Of a DNA stretch of 64,000 nucleotides, positions 1 to 12,093 are shown one piece after another (the stretch's first letter is position 1; each line of letters opens with the position of its first letter). Position numbers and translations under genes: made by a program. Source of the stretch: Paramecium tetraurelia (taxonomy: Eukaryota); contig CT868563.1 of NCBI GenBank assembly GCA_000165425.1, positions 1 through 64,000 of the forward strand, in the 5' to 3' direction. The notes beneath the pieces were generated by a model. It was not told where the DNA came from, ran no database searches, and was given only the letters and a program-made list of their open reading frames with translations.

Positions 1-3000
1 CATCAAACCTTTTCTAATATGATTAACAAAGTCAGTTACCAGTCTCAGTTATTAACCCATTTCACTGATATTTTCAATTTATTAATCTAATTGCTCTGTT
101 GTTTCATCAAGTTCTTTTAGTTATATATCTCGCTTGTTGAGATTAGCCTCATGAGAAATTTATTCCTACAATTCATCAATTCTTCTCAACATCTCCTACA
201 TTTTACCTGCAATTCTATTGTGTTAAGATTACCAATCTTTCTACAAAATCTACATTTACATACTTATCAAGTCTTTATTTTTTAAAATATTTCTAACTCT
301 TAGATCTTTTTCTTAAACCCATAATTAGATAAGAACTTTCTAACAAAAAGAAGTTATGGAATCTGAAAAGCAATTAGAAGATATCTAAATTATAGTAAAC
401 ACTAGACCCTATTTAATTTTCCATTATTCATTATTTGTAAAGTCTTTGAACCTTTGAACGAGATTATCTAAGAACCCAAATTTTTCTTTTGACTCCTCCA
501 CATCATCTACTTTTTCACTGTCTTAATGTAAGTATATTTTTTTTATTAATTGATATAAACAATCTTCCTCAACTTAGTTAATTGAAAATGTACTTTTTTA
601 AACTAATTTATTTCGTAAATAAACTTCCAAACAATTAAGAAAATCAAAGATATTTATATTAATTTGAATAATCTCTTCATCATTTATCCTTTTAAATAAC
701 TTGGCTTCCAAACTTTCTAAGTACAAATGAAAATTTTCATCTTTTTTCTAAGATAAATTAATTTATGAAAATTGTAATTACTCAAACTTCTAAATATATT
801 CTTAAATACAAAATTAAAATCTTTATTAGAATTTTGTTTAAATTTCTTTATTGAATTTTTCAATTTAATTAATTGTATTGGAGAAAAAATTAACTTCTTC
901 AAGTAAATTGTGTAAAAGAGCCATCTATTATTTAAGTATTAATTTTTTTAACTTTACAACCTTCAATATGAATGATAGGTAAGTTCTATAGCTTTCATTG
1001 CTATAAAAATTAAATGTTTAATTAGCATTTTCACTTTTTTTGACTTGTAAATCAATCTATTAAACTTTTTCAACTTAATGACATTTTTCATTGCCCTCCG
1101 TATCAACTCTTTTGTTGTCTTTTTGGGATGTAGATACTTACAATTCCTCATTATTTATTATTTATTAGATTATTATAGATTTTAATAGGATCAGCTCTTC
1201 ATTAATTAACATTTTAATAGTTTCCTTGTCTGGGCATCCAAAATTTTCCAATGTTCGAATCACAGTTTCTGTTTATTGGATTAATTGATTCCAATTTTTG
1301 ATCTATATCTATTTTCTAAAATCTCCAATTTGTTTTAATTGAGATAAAAAAATACCATATTTTTCTTATTCCAATTTCAATTAAGATGAATTCAATTTTT
1401 CATCCATCACCCTTTATAAGGATTCATCAACGTTTAGATTTTGAAAAATTTACTTTAATTTCTCAAAAGTAGAAGAAGGAGTTTCTTCAATTTATAATTA
1501 TCCAAATTCCTTCTTAATTAACTCTAAATCTATTTCATCTTATTCTATCAGTTTTTCATTTATACTTTATTTAAATATGAGGTATTTTACTATTCCTTAT
1601 TACTTTGATAATCTATCTTCAAAGTCCTCTTTTTTTATTATTTCAATATTTTTTAATTCAATCTGAAGTTATGCTTCAAAATTAGTGGTCTGAATTCCTT
1701 TTTGGAATTCTTAAATTATATTTAGTAGAAATCCACCAACATTTATAACTTCTGACAACTTTCTTAATTCCTCTGGTTCAGCTTTTTATAAAATAAATGA
1801 AAATGCTCTTTTTAAAGCAACCAATTTTAATTTTAGCTTTAGATTCTCGTATCTTAAGTCTTCGAGAAATTTAAGTAAATGCATATCAATAAAAACTTAT
1901 TTAATTTTTTCAAGTTAACAGATTTAGGTGACTGTCTTCATTTAATACTTAATGACCATTATTCCTTAAAGGTGGAAATTGAGCTTCGAAAATTGTTTTT
2001 AAAGTTCATCGCACCTGCTTTCATACTCTGATTGTAGATAATTGACTAAGTTCTAAGAAGATTGCAATAACTAATTTGTTATTAATTTGTAAATTTCCAT
2101 TTCATAAATACCAACAAGCTTTTCAACTTCCTTCAAAATTTTATTTCTATTTTGTTAGATTGCTGATAAGTCAAAGGATGAGAAATTATACTCTTAAAAA
2201 TCTTTATTTTTTAGTTCATCTGTAATTAATGTTATCAAATCAAAAAGCTCATTATTGGCGACTTTGCCTTTGATGTTTTGTGTTTGATTTCTATCAAACA
2301 AAATCAGATATAATTCTAAATCTACCTATAATCTTAACAAATCATTAAGTTTCTGAAAATTGGTAATTTGACCTATCTCTTTCTATTTGTTCTAATTGAG
2401 CCTCATGATTTTAATGATATCTTATATGTTTTCGAAATACTGCTCTAATTTTTGTATTATCTTTGTTATTTATTAATGAGAAACTTTTATGATTAAACTA
2501 TCATCATATTGCTTATCTTATTTAAGATTTCTATAAATTTTAATTACTTCTTCCAATTTTTCATCATTTTATTACATTAAAGTTAGGAGCTTATTGGATA
2601 TCTATAAACCTAAATACCTTTTAAGATTGTTAATTGCCAATAAATTTTCATTTTTTTAAAGTTCTTTACCTTCAATTTCTAGTTTACGTTTTAGATATGA
2701 TCCAAATGTAAAAGAGATATTTTCATTTATGAGAAAAGCTTTAAATAATAAGAAGATTTCCCACCCTTTAAAACAAGTTTCTAATATTGTTCTATGATTT
2801 ATACTTAATGAATTATTCTAAAGTTAATCGAGTTGGATGACGGCCAAGTCATTATTATGATTTATTTAAATTAGTAATCCTTTTCTTTAAAATTCCTTCC
2901 AAATTTAATCTGAATTTAATTTCAAATTGAAAGCCTTTATCAGCAGGGATAATTTGTGTTTTGTTAATAACATGCGNNNNNNNNNNNNNNNNNNNNNNNN

Positions 3001-4121
3001 NNNNNNNNNNNNNNNNNNNNNNNNNNNNNNNNNNNNNNNNNNNNNNNNNNNNNNNNNNNNNNNNNNNNNNNNNNNNNNNNNNNNNNNNNNNNNNNNNNNN
3101 NNNNNNNNNNNNNNNNNNNNNNNNNNCAAACCCAAAACCCAAACCCAAACCCAAACCCAAACCGCAGGATTAATTTGTGTTTTGTTAATAAAGGATTATA
3201 TTATAAGATTTTCCCAACCATTTAAACCCAAAGATAATGATATTTCCATTCATTTGAATTTTTCACAATTTAATCATATATTACCTCAACACGTAAAATT
3301 ATTTCGTCTAGATCTTAAAATCTTTCATTGTTAAAATAACTTATTATCTCCCATTGCAACATATCTATTGTAAAATAAACTTCAAACTATTTTCTATTTT
3401 TATCAACAACATATGAATAATAAAGATAACAAGCTCCCTTGAACAATGATTCAAGCAATTGTTCATTTGGCCTCATTTAAATCATCGAAACAATGATCCC
3501 ACTTAAAAATCCTTCTAAAATTTCTTTCCTTTGATTACTATTATTTGGTGATATCTAGAAAGAAGTTTTTGTTAAAAAAAGAAAGAGTTCCATTTGATTT
3601 TGAATTAAATCATTCTTCTCTATTTTCACATGTTATCCTAATTCATCAGAGATGTCCAAAAATTCCTGTTATAAATCACATTTCATAAATCTCTCCTCAT
3701 TCATCACATGAAAGCTAAATACAACTTTAGATAGAGACGCTGTTGTCTATAATATGTATAAACATTTAAATGAATCTGTTCTAATGTAGATCAAACAACT
3801 TTTCAACAACTTTTTAATACCCTCTAAAATTAAGTTGTAAGATTCCGCTACGCTTTAAGCATTCTTGTTAAGTTTGTAAATTTTTTCTTCTTAATAAGTA
3901 AACCATTACAGAGCTATCATTATTTCTTAATTCTCTGACTAATCAACAGCAATAACAGCCTTAGTGCAAATTATCTCAACATAAAAATTAAATTTATTAA
4001 AGAAATTATAAAGATCTTAATTATCTGACTTTGAGATTTCTGATGATAGAGGGTTTATTTTTGAAGTTCCGCAACCACCTCCACGTAAAATGGAATCCAT
4101 TTAAGACATTTGAGATAACAT
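1..4121 (-). CDS. Very large intronless helical/coiled-coil protein, 5' part only (runs off window start); probably the N-terminal half of a Paramecium NACHT/WD40 (NLR-like) protein
   Basis: Code-6 frame open from ATG 4121 (MLSQMSQMDSILRGGGCGTSK...) to position 1 once the 28-nt overlap across the N gap is merged (...YNPLLTKHKL/SLLIKAFNLK...). The last part (WKIKQGLVFTIIQISSNCFSD...QLWVQEKDLRVRNILKN...HEANLNKRD) resembles the pre-NACHT region of this family as I recall it. The P-loop is not in the window. Confidence 0.75.
2977..3126. other. Assembly gap (N run); flanking contigs appear to overlap
   Basis: 150 Ns; 2943-2970 and 3164-3191 match at 26/28 nt. Confidence 0.9.
3127..3163 (+). repeat. 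Telomeric repeat tract (C3A3)n, C-rich strand on +
   Basis: caaa-cccaaaa-(cccaaa)x4-cc joined directly to unique sequence; C3A3 is one of the two Paramecium telomere repeat types. Confidence 0.85.
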
Positions 4122-4599
4122 TTTATCAAATTTTAAATAATAAATCTACATCGGTATAAATACAAAATAAACTTAAGTTGATATATTTGAGACTGATGTA
4201 ATGAAACATTTTATTTTTATTAGAAATATTTAATTTTAGATGTAGATTTTGACCTGCTTTTACATTTAAGAGTTAATTCTATCTTGAATAATTTCTCAAA
4301 TATTATTGGAAATTATTTTTCTTGATATATTAGAAATTGTTAATTTCTTTGCCTAATGGAAATTGGAATGCTACATATAGCCATGTTCATTAATTTCTTT
4401 AAATCATATTATGGCAGTCGATGGATAATTAATTAGCCTTAATCATCAATTTAAAGAATATTAGTGAAGAAAAATATCTGAATAATTTGTTTCAATCAGC
4501 ACCTACAATCGATAACTTGTATTAGAGAAATAATTGATCAGTTTTTGTGATTCTTTTCTTATTTAATTGGTTTTATTGATAGGGTTAATCATTTTCATA

Positions 4600-7500
4600 T
4601 TCAATTTAAGATTATTAATCTTACTGATCATCAATAATTAATAGAGCAATTAGCTTTACATAACAAGATTTTGAATTTACATGATTTAAACCTCACACAC
4701 ATTTTCAGAGGCAATTACTGATTCAAGTATAAAGGTTTGATAAAACCTCAGGGTAGTCATAATAATTACACAAATCGCGTATCCACTAGTTAATATAAAT
4801 CACGCTATAAATGGATTAGGCGTTATCAATAGAAAGACAAATATTGTTTCTTAAGAATTTATCTAAAAGCTGATTTATTTACTCAGTAACACTCTTCTCA
4901 TTAGCGTCGCGAAAACAAGCAGCGTTTATGTAAATCATGTACAAGCAAGTAAAATTTTCATAATTGCTTGTTATGAAAACAGTTTTTGCCAACTGAATCT
5001 CCATCACAATGTGTGCACGAAGCGGACGATCAAAATTAACAATAGAATGAAATTCAAAGAAGCATTGAATACAATTATTATTCTCAATTCATAAAGTCAT
5101 TTGTCAGGGTGTCAGAGCCTTAACCCTAATTTGCACTTCTCTCATATCTAGATAATAATATCGATTAAGCAACTATCTTAATTTAGTTGGCTATAATGAA
5201 CACAACTGTGAGCTCAAGGTCTTCTTTAGAGATTAAACCAATACTACACTAACAGCCTGTGTGCTGCTAACAGCAGTCTTTTTTGTGAGTACAATTATCT
5301 GACCAAGCAGTGCAGTAGCATTCACATTCATTTGAGAAGTGTGCATAGTTTTGCTTTATGGTTATAAGGAGAATTTACTAAATATATGAACCTCTCGTAT
5401 TTAATACCTTGATACAAGCGATAAAGTATTTTAAAGCACAAACTTCATTTCCATATAAGCTTCAAATAATTAGCTAGCAAATACTATGCAAAGAGAAGGA
5501 AGGTTCTTAGAAAATTTGGATACTCACATACCAGCAGATAACTCTGTAAATTGCCTGTACGCTATTCAAAGACTGCACAAAAATATCAACGACTAAGCTA
5601 TGGTATTGCATTTTACATCCTTGAGCAAAGAACCAGAATTGTTATAATATATATTACTCAACAGTTAGTTATATAATGACATTAAAAACAGTTTAACTTT
5701 ATAATGATGAAATTTCAGTATTAAATAGAAATTGTAGGATGATCCTAGAAGGCAAATTTTTGTAAAAAAAGCAACACCCAAGGAAGTAGAAACAAAACAA
5801 AATCTATTGTCCAAAACTAAAATTTTAAATTCAAATAGGTAGAAGAATTTGAACTTGAATAATTAGAAAATTGACTGAATTTGAGAGTTTGCTCAAATCG
5901 TTTTACAGAAATTACATTTTTATTAATTAAACAACATTTCTAGTACCTTATACAATTTTTTTAATCAAATATGAAATTAAAACTTATTACTGACCAATAA
6001 CAAAATATTGGTATTAATATATAATATTTCCTACAGCCAAAGCGTGTATTTCCAATAGAGCAAATCTTCAGTGAAGGATTAGATTAATTTCTTGATCACT
6101 AAAGATATTCTATGCTTAGTCATCTTTATTATAAAAGTGAAGGAAGACTATAATTTAAGAATTCGTAAATATAGACATTAGAAATACACAAGGTATATCT
6201 AAAATATAAAAAATAGAAAACAAAAATTAAAAACACATATAGAAACAATAAAACAACAAAGCCTCTTTCTTAAATCGTAAATTTTATCCTGAATAAAATT
6301 GAAATAAACAGAGATATAAAACTGTTTGATTAAATTCCTTGAAATTTTCTACAATAAGCCTTTCTGAGATTCAAAAATTCAGTTTTATATTAACAGAGAT
6401 GATTAAATTAATATCCAATAATTTCACCAATAATTTAGTTTATTATTATGTCTTTAAAATATGTGAACTTGAAAAACATTGGAAGTAGTATTTTTAAACA
6501 TTCTATTTATTAGATAATATAGAAGTTCTCTCAAAATTAATTTTATGACGAATTTCTATTTTATTTGATGAATAAGCAATTCCTTCTTGTAATTTGGGTA
6601 TCTGCTTATTCTTTCAAATTAATTTTTTTAACATTTTTTAATTTTTATCAACATTTGGAATTCAAATCAAAATTGAGACAAAACAATTATTTAAGGGGTC
6701 TAATTTCCAAATAATATTGAAAACACTTATCTCATCATTCAATAAGATGTTGCATTTCAAAATGGACTAGAAAATCAAGCATAAAATATATGAAAACGTT
6801 TTAATTGCAATATTTTACGGATGAAATCCAATAGTGTTTGTAGGGGATAAAAGACAAGGTCTATTGCAATTGCCAATAACCAAAGTGTTGTGGTTGAGAA
6901 TTATGTAAAAATTTTGTTAATTTTTATAAACTTATGTACTGAAATGCTCCCAAGATAGGCGATATTGTATAAATTATGTGTCAATATTAATAAATCATCT
7001 TCTTTTAATCGATATTGATACATAATGACATTCACCAATTCGTCTCAATTCTAGAATTAATTTTGTATTCTCTCTGGTTATAATAATATATAATTAAATA
7101 ATCAATATTGCTACTACTTTAAATTAACAATTTCTGATTATAACATTGCGATCTATTGGAGTAATTTTTTTTCTTTTTTTTTCTTTTAATCTAATACCTT
7201 TTTCATCCTTTCAAATATTGATTAAAATTATGGATTATTTCTTGTAATTATCGGAGTTCTCTTTTTATTTGATTTAGTTGATTTCGTTTACAGATCAGCA
7301 TAATCTATAGATTTTGAAATGTATGCTGAATCATTAATTTTGCCAAATGCACTTGAAGCCAATTAAGGTGGTTAATTTGAATTGTTTATTCTAGGCTTAT
7401 AATGAATAAAATATAAATACTTTCAGCTTGAATTTAAGAAATGCTTGCTTATAAGAATCATAAAAAGATGCTGTTGCCTGTTTTTAAATTTTAGAGATGG

Positions 7501-7700
7501 TACAATACTATGATTTTGCTCTTGGCTTTGGTACTCTCTCTGATTCGATAGTTTTTTTTGACATCCAATCTGATAAAGTTTCATGCCTTTGTTTCAATAC
7601 AAACCTGTGATCATCATCTGAATGCTTTATTTAAGACTTTCCTTGTTTACTTTTTTTCAGATTCAAATAACAATTATTTAGATTATACATTTTTTCCATT
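4600..7700 (+). pseudogene. Decayed gene-like tract, partly Cys-rich fragments
   Basis: No long TGA-free frame found. Fragments such as NSLCAANSSLFCEYNYLTKQCSS (about 5250-5320) and intron-like gt..ag pieces (about 5718-5737, 6011-6036) sit in broken frames. Confidence 0.35.
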
Positions 7701-8012
7701 AAGAAAAATAGTTTAGCAATTATTCCATGATGTAAAAGTTATGTAAATTCTAATCATTACAATTATTTACTATAACTTTCGAAACATTAGAAGCAAAATG
7801 AAAGAACCATACAATAATGAAATGAATGTTGTTCAAATATGTGTTTCAATAAAAGAGATACTTCTAAGTAACTAGTTTAAATTTAATCTTTCTAACATTG
7901 AATATATATATTAAACCCAAAATATATAATAATAATCTTATTCTAATCTCAAAAATTTCCAACATTTCTTCATTATTTATTATAGAATTCACAAAAACTA
8001 GTTTCATATTTA

Positions 8013-9599
8013 ATGTATTCCCATTCAAATAGCGGAATTGATCCTACCATGCTAACATCAACCCATGTTGAAACAGATGCGAATCAACAGTAAGAAAATC
8101 TGGAAGAAATTGAAAATTTAAATTAAATCAAAAAAGAATTTGATGATTCACAACTTGTAACCAATTTTGATTTGAATCTTGCTAACTTAGTTCAAAGAAG
8201 ATGTATATTAAGTTCATTAATGAAAGGTTATGTATTTGAGGATCAAATCATGAAATACGAGAAAATATTAGAAAAAAATCCAACATGTGTGGAAGCCTTA
8301 ATTGAAAAAGGTAGAATAACATTATTGATGTCTAGCAAAAAATTTAGTTAGCCTTTAAAAAATTGAGGAGGCCTTAGAATGCTGTAATTAAGCTATATCT
8401 ATTGACGGTAGCTTTACTTAGGCATATTTTGAAAAAGGTATTTTTATTTTATTGAATTAAGCAAAAATATTGTGTAAATAATAAAAGATCGAAGATGCCA
8501 TTAAAGCTTATGAAGCTATTTTATCAAAGAATTCAAAAAATAATGATGCAATTCAAGAATTATGTATTAAAGATTATATTAATCAGCTTAACTTCAAAAT
8601 TAAATTCAATAAATATCGAAGGCACTTAAATATTATGACTAACTATTGGCTTTTGATCGAAAAAATAAATTTATCTATGTAGAAAAAGCCAAACTATTAT
8701 AAAAATAAAACAAATTTGAATTGGCTCTTAAATGTTGCGACTAATTATTGAGCTTTGATCCTTATGAAAAGTATGCGTATTTACAAAAAGGTATCTTCTT
8801 TGAGTATTGATAGCTTTATTATTTTCATAAATTAACGAGCCACAATCGGCTATAGAATGTTATAAGAAAGTAATCGAAATTGACTCTACGAATAAATATG
8901 CTTATTTAGCAAAAGGTTTTAGATAAATTAAATAAATAGTTAAGTTGTTAATAGAGTTAAAAAATTATGAAAAGGCTCTCAAGTGTTGTGACAAGATTTT
9001 AAATTTTGAACCAAAAGAAATTTATGCTCAGATATAGAAAGGTATAAGAACATCTAATATGAAAAAAGCCAGAACTCTAGAATTTCTTCAAAGATATGAT
9101 CAGGCTGTTAAATGTTGGGATGAAATAATTACTTAAGAATAAAACAAGGCAGAGCCAAGTGTGGAAAAAGGTATATTTTTGCTTTTGATTTTTAGCTCGA
9201 GTTTTAGTCAAGCAAAATAAAATTAAGGAAGCTGTAAAATGTTTAGACATAATTCTGTCTAATAATAAAGCAAATAGAGATGTGAATGTACAGAAAGGTA
9301 AAAATTAGAATAAATTTTAGCCTAAATCTTAATGTAGTAAGGATTATTGGAATAAGCTGTTTAATGTTGCTAATAAATCTTGAGTTAAGATTCAGGATCT
9401 GAAAGAGCATGGCATTATTGCGGTAAGAATTTAATTGACATTTGAAGGCCAAGCATTTAAGTTCTTAAATTAATTGAATGATGCCTTAAAATGTTATGAG
9501 GAAATATTGAAAACAAACAGCAATGATTGGTATTCTTAATACTAAGTCAAGGAAATAAAAGAATAAATAAAAAAGTAAAGATTAGTAAAAAATGATTGA
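8013..9599 (+). CDS. Tetratricopeptide repeat (TPR) protein, about 11 repeats
   Basis: 34-aa repeats (e.g. AKNLVSLQKIEEALECCNQAISIDGSFTQAYFEK). Introns 8311-8335, 8438-8461, 8564-8586, 8791-8813, 8916-8939, 9042-9068, 9171-9195, 9298-9320, 9423-9447. TGA 9597-9599. Confidence 0.9.
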
Positions 9600-9869
9600 G
9601 ATTTATTTTATCTTATTCAAATGGATAGAATCATTCTTTAAAATCTTATTCTGTTTGAAACTCATTAACAATACATCAGACTTATATCTAAGTTTAAATC
9701 TGCTAAATTCTGTTAGTATGTTAATAAAATAGCGTATATATGGAACATCAATTTATATTTAACATATTTTTTCATCATTTTCCAATAAGCATTTTCAATT
9801 AATTATTGTAACAAATAAGCAAAATTAAATTTGAAATATACAAAAAATCAGCGATTGTAGAAATTAGCT

Positions 9870-11945
9870 TCAGTTTTTTGATTTTAATTCGTTTAATAGA
9901 AGTAAAAAATAGGAGAGAGCTTAAATATAATATCAAACTTCAATGTAATATCATAAAATAATATTTTCTCTAATTTCAAATTTTTCTATTAATTTCTTCG
10001 ATTTCTAAACTGATTGATCATTATCCTAATATTAATATATTCTAACTAGTTATATATGTTTTAAATTTACACTGACTATTTGTAAGATCAATTTTTAGGA
10101 GTTAAGTGATACTTTGAATTTTTTGTTGGGATTTATTTTCACTCTGAGTGTGAAATATTGTATAATAATTCCCATAGGCAATGCATCCTTCAAAGTCTTC
10201 CACTGGCTAAAATGATCCTTATTATCTACTCGCTTTAACTATTGTAAGAAGTTATTGAAGAGGTTCTAGTGAAAATATTTCATTTAACTTAAATCTCCCA
10301 TTTTCCCAATCAAGAGTATATATCTCTCTCTTTCCAAATTTTGAATCTGCATTCAGTGGTTTCTTGAGATTTTCTCCTGACAAAATCAATTGGTTTCTAC
10401 CATAATATGAACAAGAGAAAAGAGGAGAGCATAGAACTTTTTATTAATATTAATCTTCAGGCTTTTTCGAAAATTCAGGTTCAAAATATTTTTATTAATT
10501 TCCTAATAAATTTTCTTCCTTGCAAGAAAATATTTAGATTCTGTTTTATTATGTACAAAGTTGGTTAGGTATTCCATCAGGATAATGAGATATACCTCCA
10601 TAAAATATTACTAATTTATCAAAAATTGGGTCTTGAGATATGAAAAAACTTCCATCAAATCTATTTTCTAATAGAATATCAAGTTTTTCCCATTTATTAC
10701 TTCTAAAAGCATAGGTAGTATTCAATAGTTCATTAATAATCACATCATTAATTACTTTTCTTGTTTAGCCATAGAAGACATATATTTTTCTAGAATTGTA
10801 CAAATTATTAATACCCTTTATATTATGTGCCCATAAAATTATACCCTTCTATGGGTAAATTTGGTAAAATCTCTAACTAAGCTTCTTTTTTCTCATATGG
10901 ATTACTTGGAAATTGAATTCTTAAAAACTATGAACTCTATTTGAATCTATCCGTAGTATATATTCCTCCTATTATATATAATTAATGATCTTTTCCTTCA
11001 CCAAATTCTTTAATGCATAATTGTTGTTCTAAAATATCAATAGGATTTGAATTATATTCTAAATTGTATTCCTGCCAAACATCATAATACACGTAATATA
11101 CAATTAACTAGATTGAAATCAATATTTACAAGTGATTTAATTCTATTTGCTAATCCTTATATTGTTTTTAATGCAAAAATGAAATCATTTTTTAAAGATT
11201 TTTTTCCTAATGAAATTAATTTAATAGAATTTTTGAATAAATTCCGAACTTCATTTTTCTTAGGGTATATTAACTATTGTAACTTTGTTATTGATCTTTC
11301 CTTTGAAAGAAAATACAATTTTCGATTGAAATACTGGGACAATTTTTCAATGGTTTGGGCTATTTCATCATGAATTTTTTTTTTTTGAATTGTTTGGTTT
11401 GTAATTTGAAGAAGATGTCTTTTTTAAATCCCAAAAATAGGATAAGTTCCTGGAATAATTACTTTTTCAAAATCTAGTGCTTTTTTGTTATTCTTAACTT
11501 TAACTTTATAAACTGGGTTGGAGTAAGATGCTTAATAAAATAGTTCATTCTATTCAATATATTTATTGGGATTCATTCTTCTATATTATATCTTAAATAA
11601 TTTAAAAGCTTCCAAAGCATGGTAGAGTTTGTAATCTACACCATAATCAGTTGAAATTATTTATTTTTTGCATCCAGGACAAACCATCATCCTATTTAAT
11701 CAAAACTAAATAGAATACATTTCACCTCTTTTGTATTTTTGGCAATATTCTAACCAAATGTTTAAATCGAATATACATTTAATTAATGCAAAGTTGGAAT
11801 GTCTTACAGGTATATCAATAATACATTTTGACAATTAGCATAAAATAGGTAGTTAAACTTCTTCTCCTTGCATATTTTTTTGTATGAATATATCCACAAA
11901 GTCACTAATATTCTTTGATTTCAACTTTAATTCATTAGATTTCAT
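9870..11945 (-). CDS. SP-RING/MIZ-like zinc finger plus Kelch-like beta-propeller protein
   Basis: N-term LPILCQLSKCIIDIPVRH...KCIFDLNIWLEY...MVCPGCKK; later LYIIGG, KIYVFYGQ...WEKL, LVIFYGG blades. About 4 tiny introns; 3' end approximate. Confidence 0.65.
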
Positions 11946-12093
11946 AATAAATAAGAATTATATATTGATTATTTTTAAAATTAGTTTTCAAATTATTATA
12001 TAGTTGGTGGGTATATTGGAGAGTGAATTAAACAGATATGATGATAAAGAAAATTGATTTTGATAATAAACAAATTGAATATTTTATATTTTA

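Noticed and set aside
2855..3334. ORF-track proteins spanning the N run (MGLGLGLGF..., KPKPKP..., TQTQTQ...)
   Set aside because: Artefacts of translating Ns and telomeric repeats.
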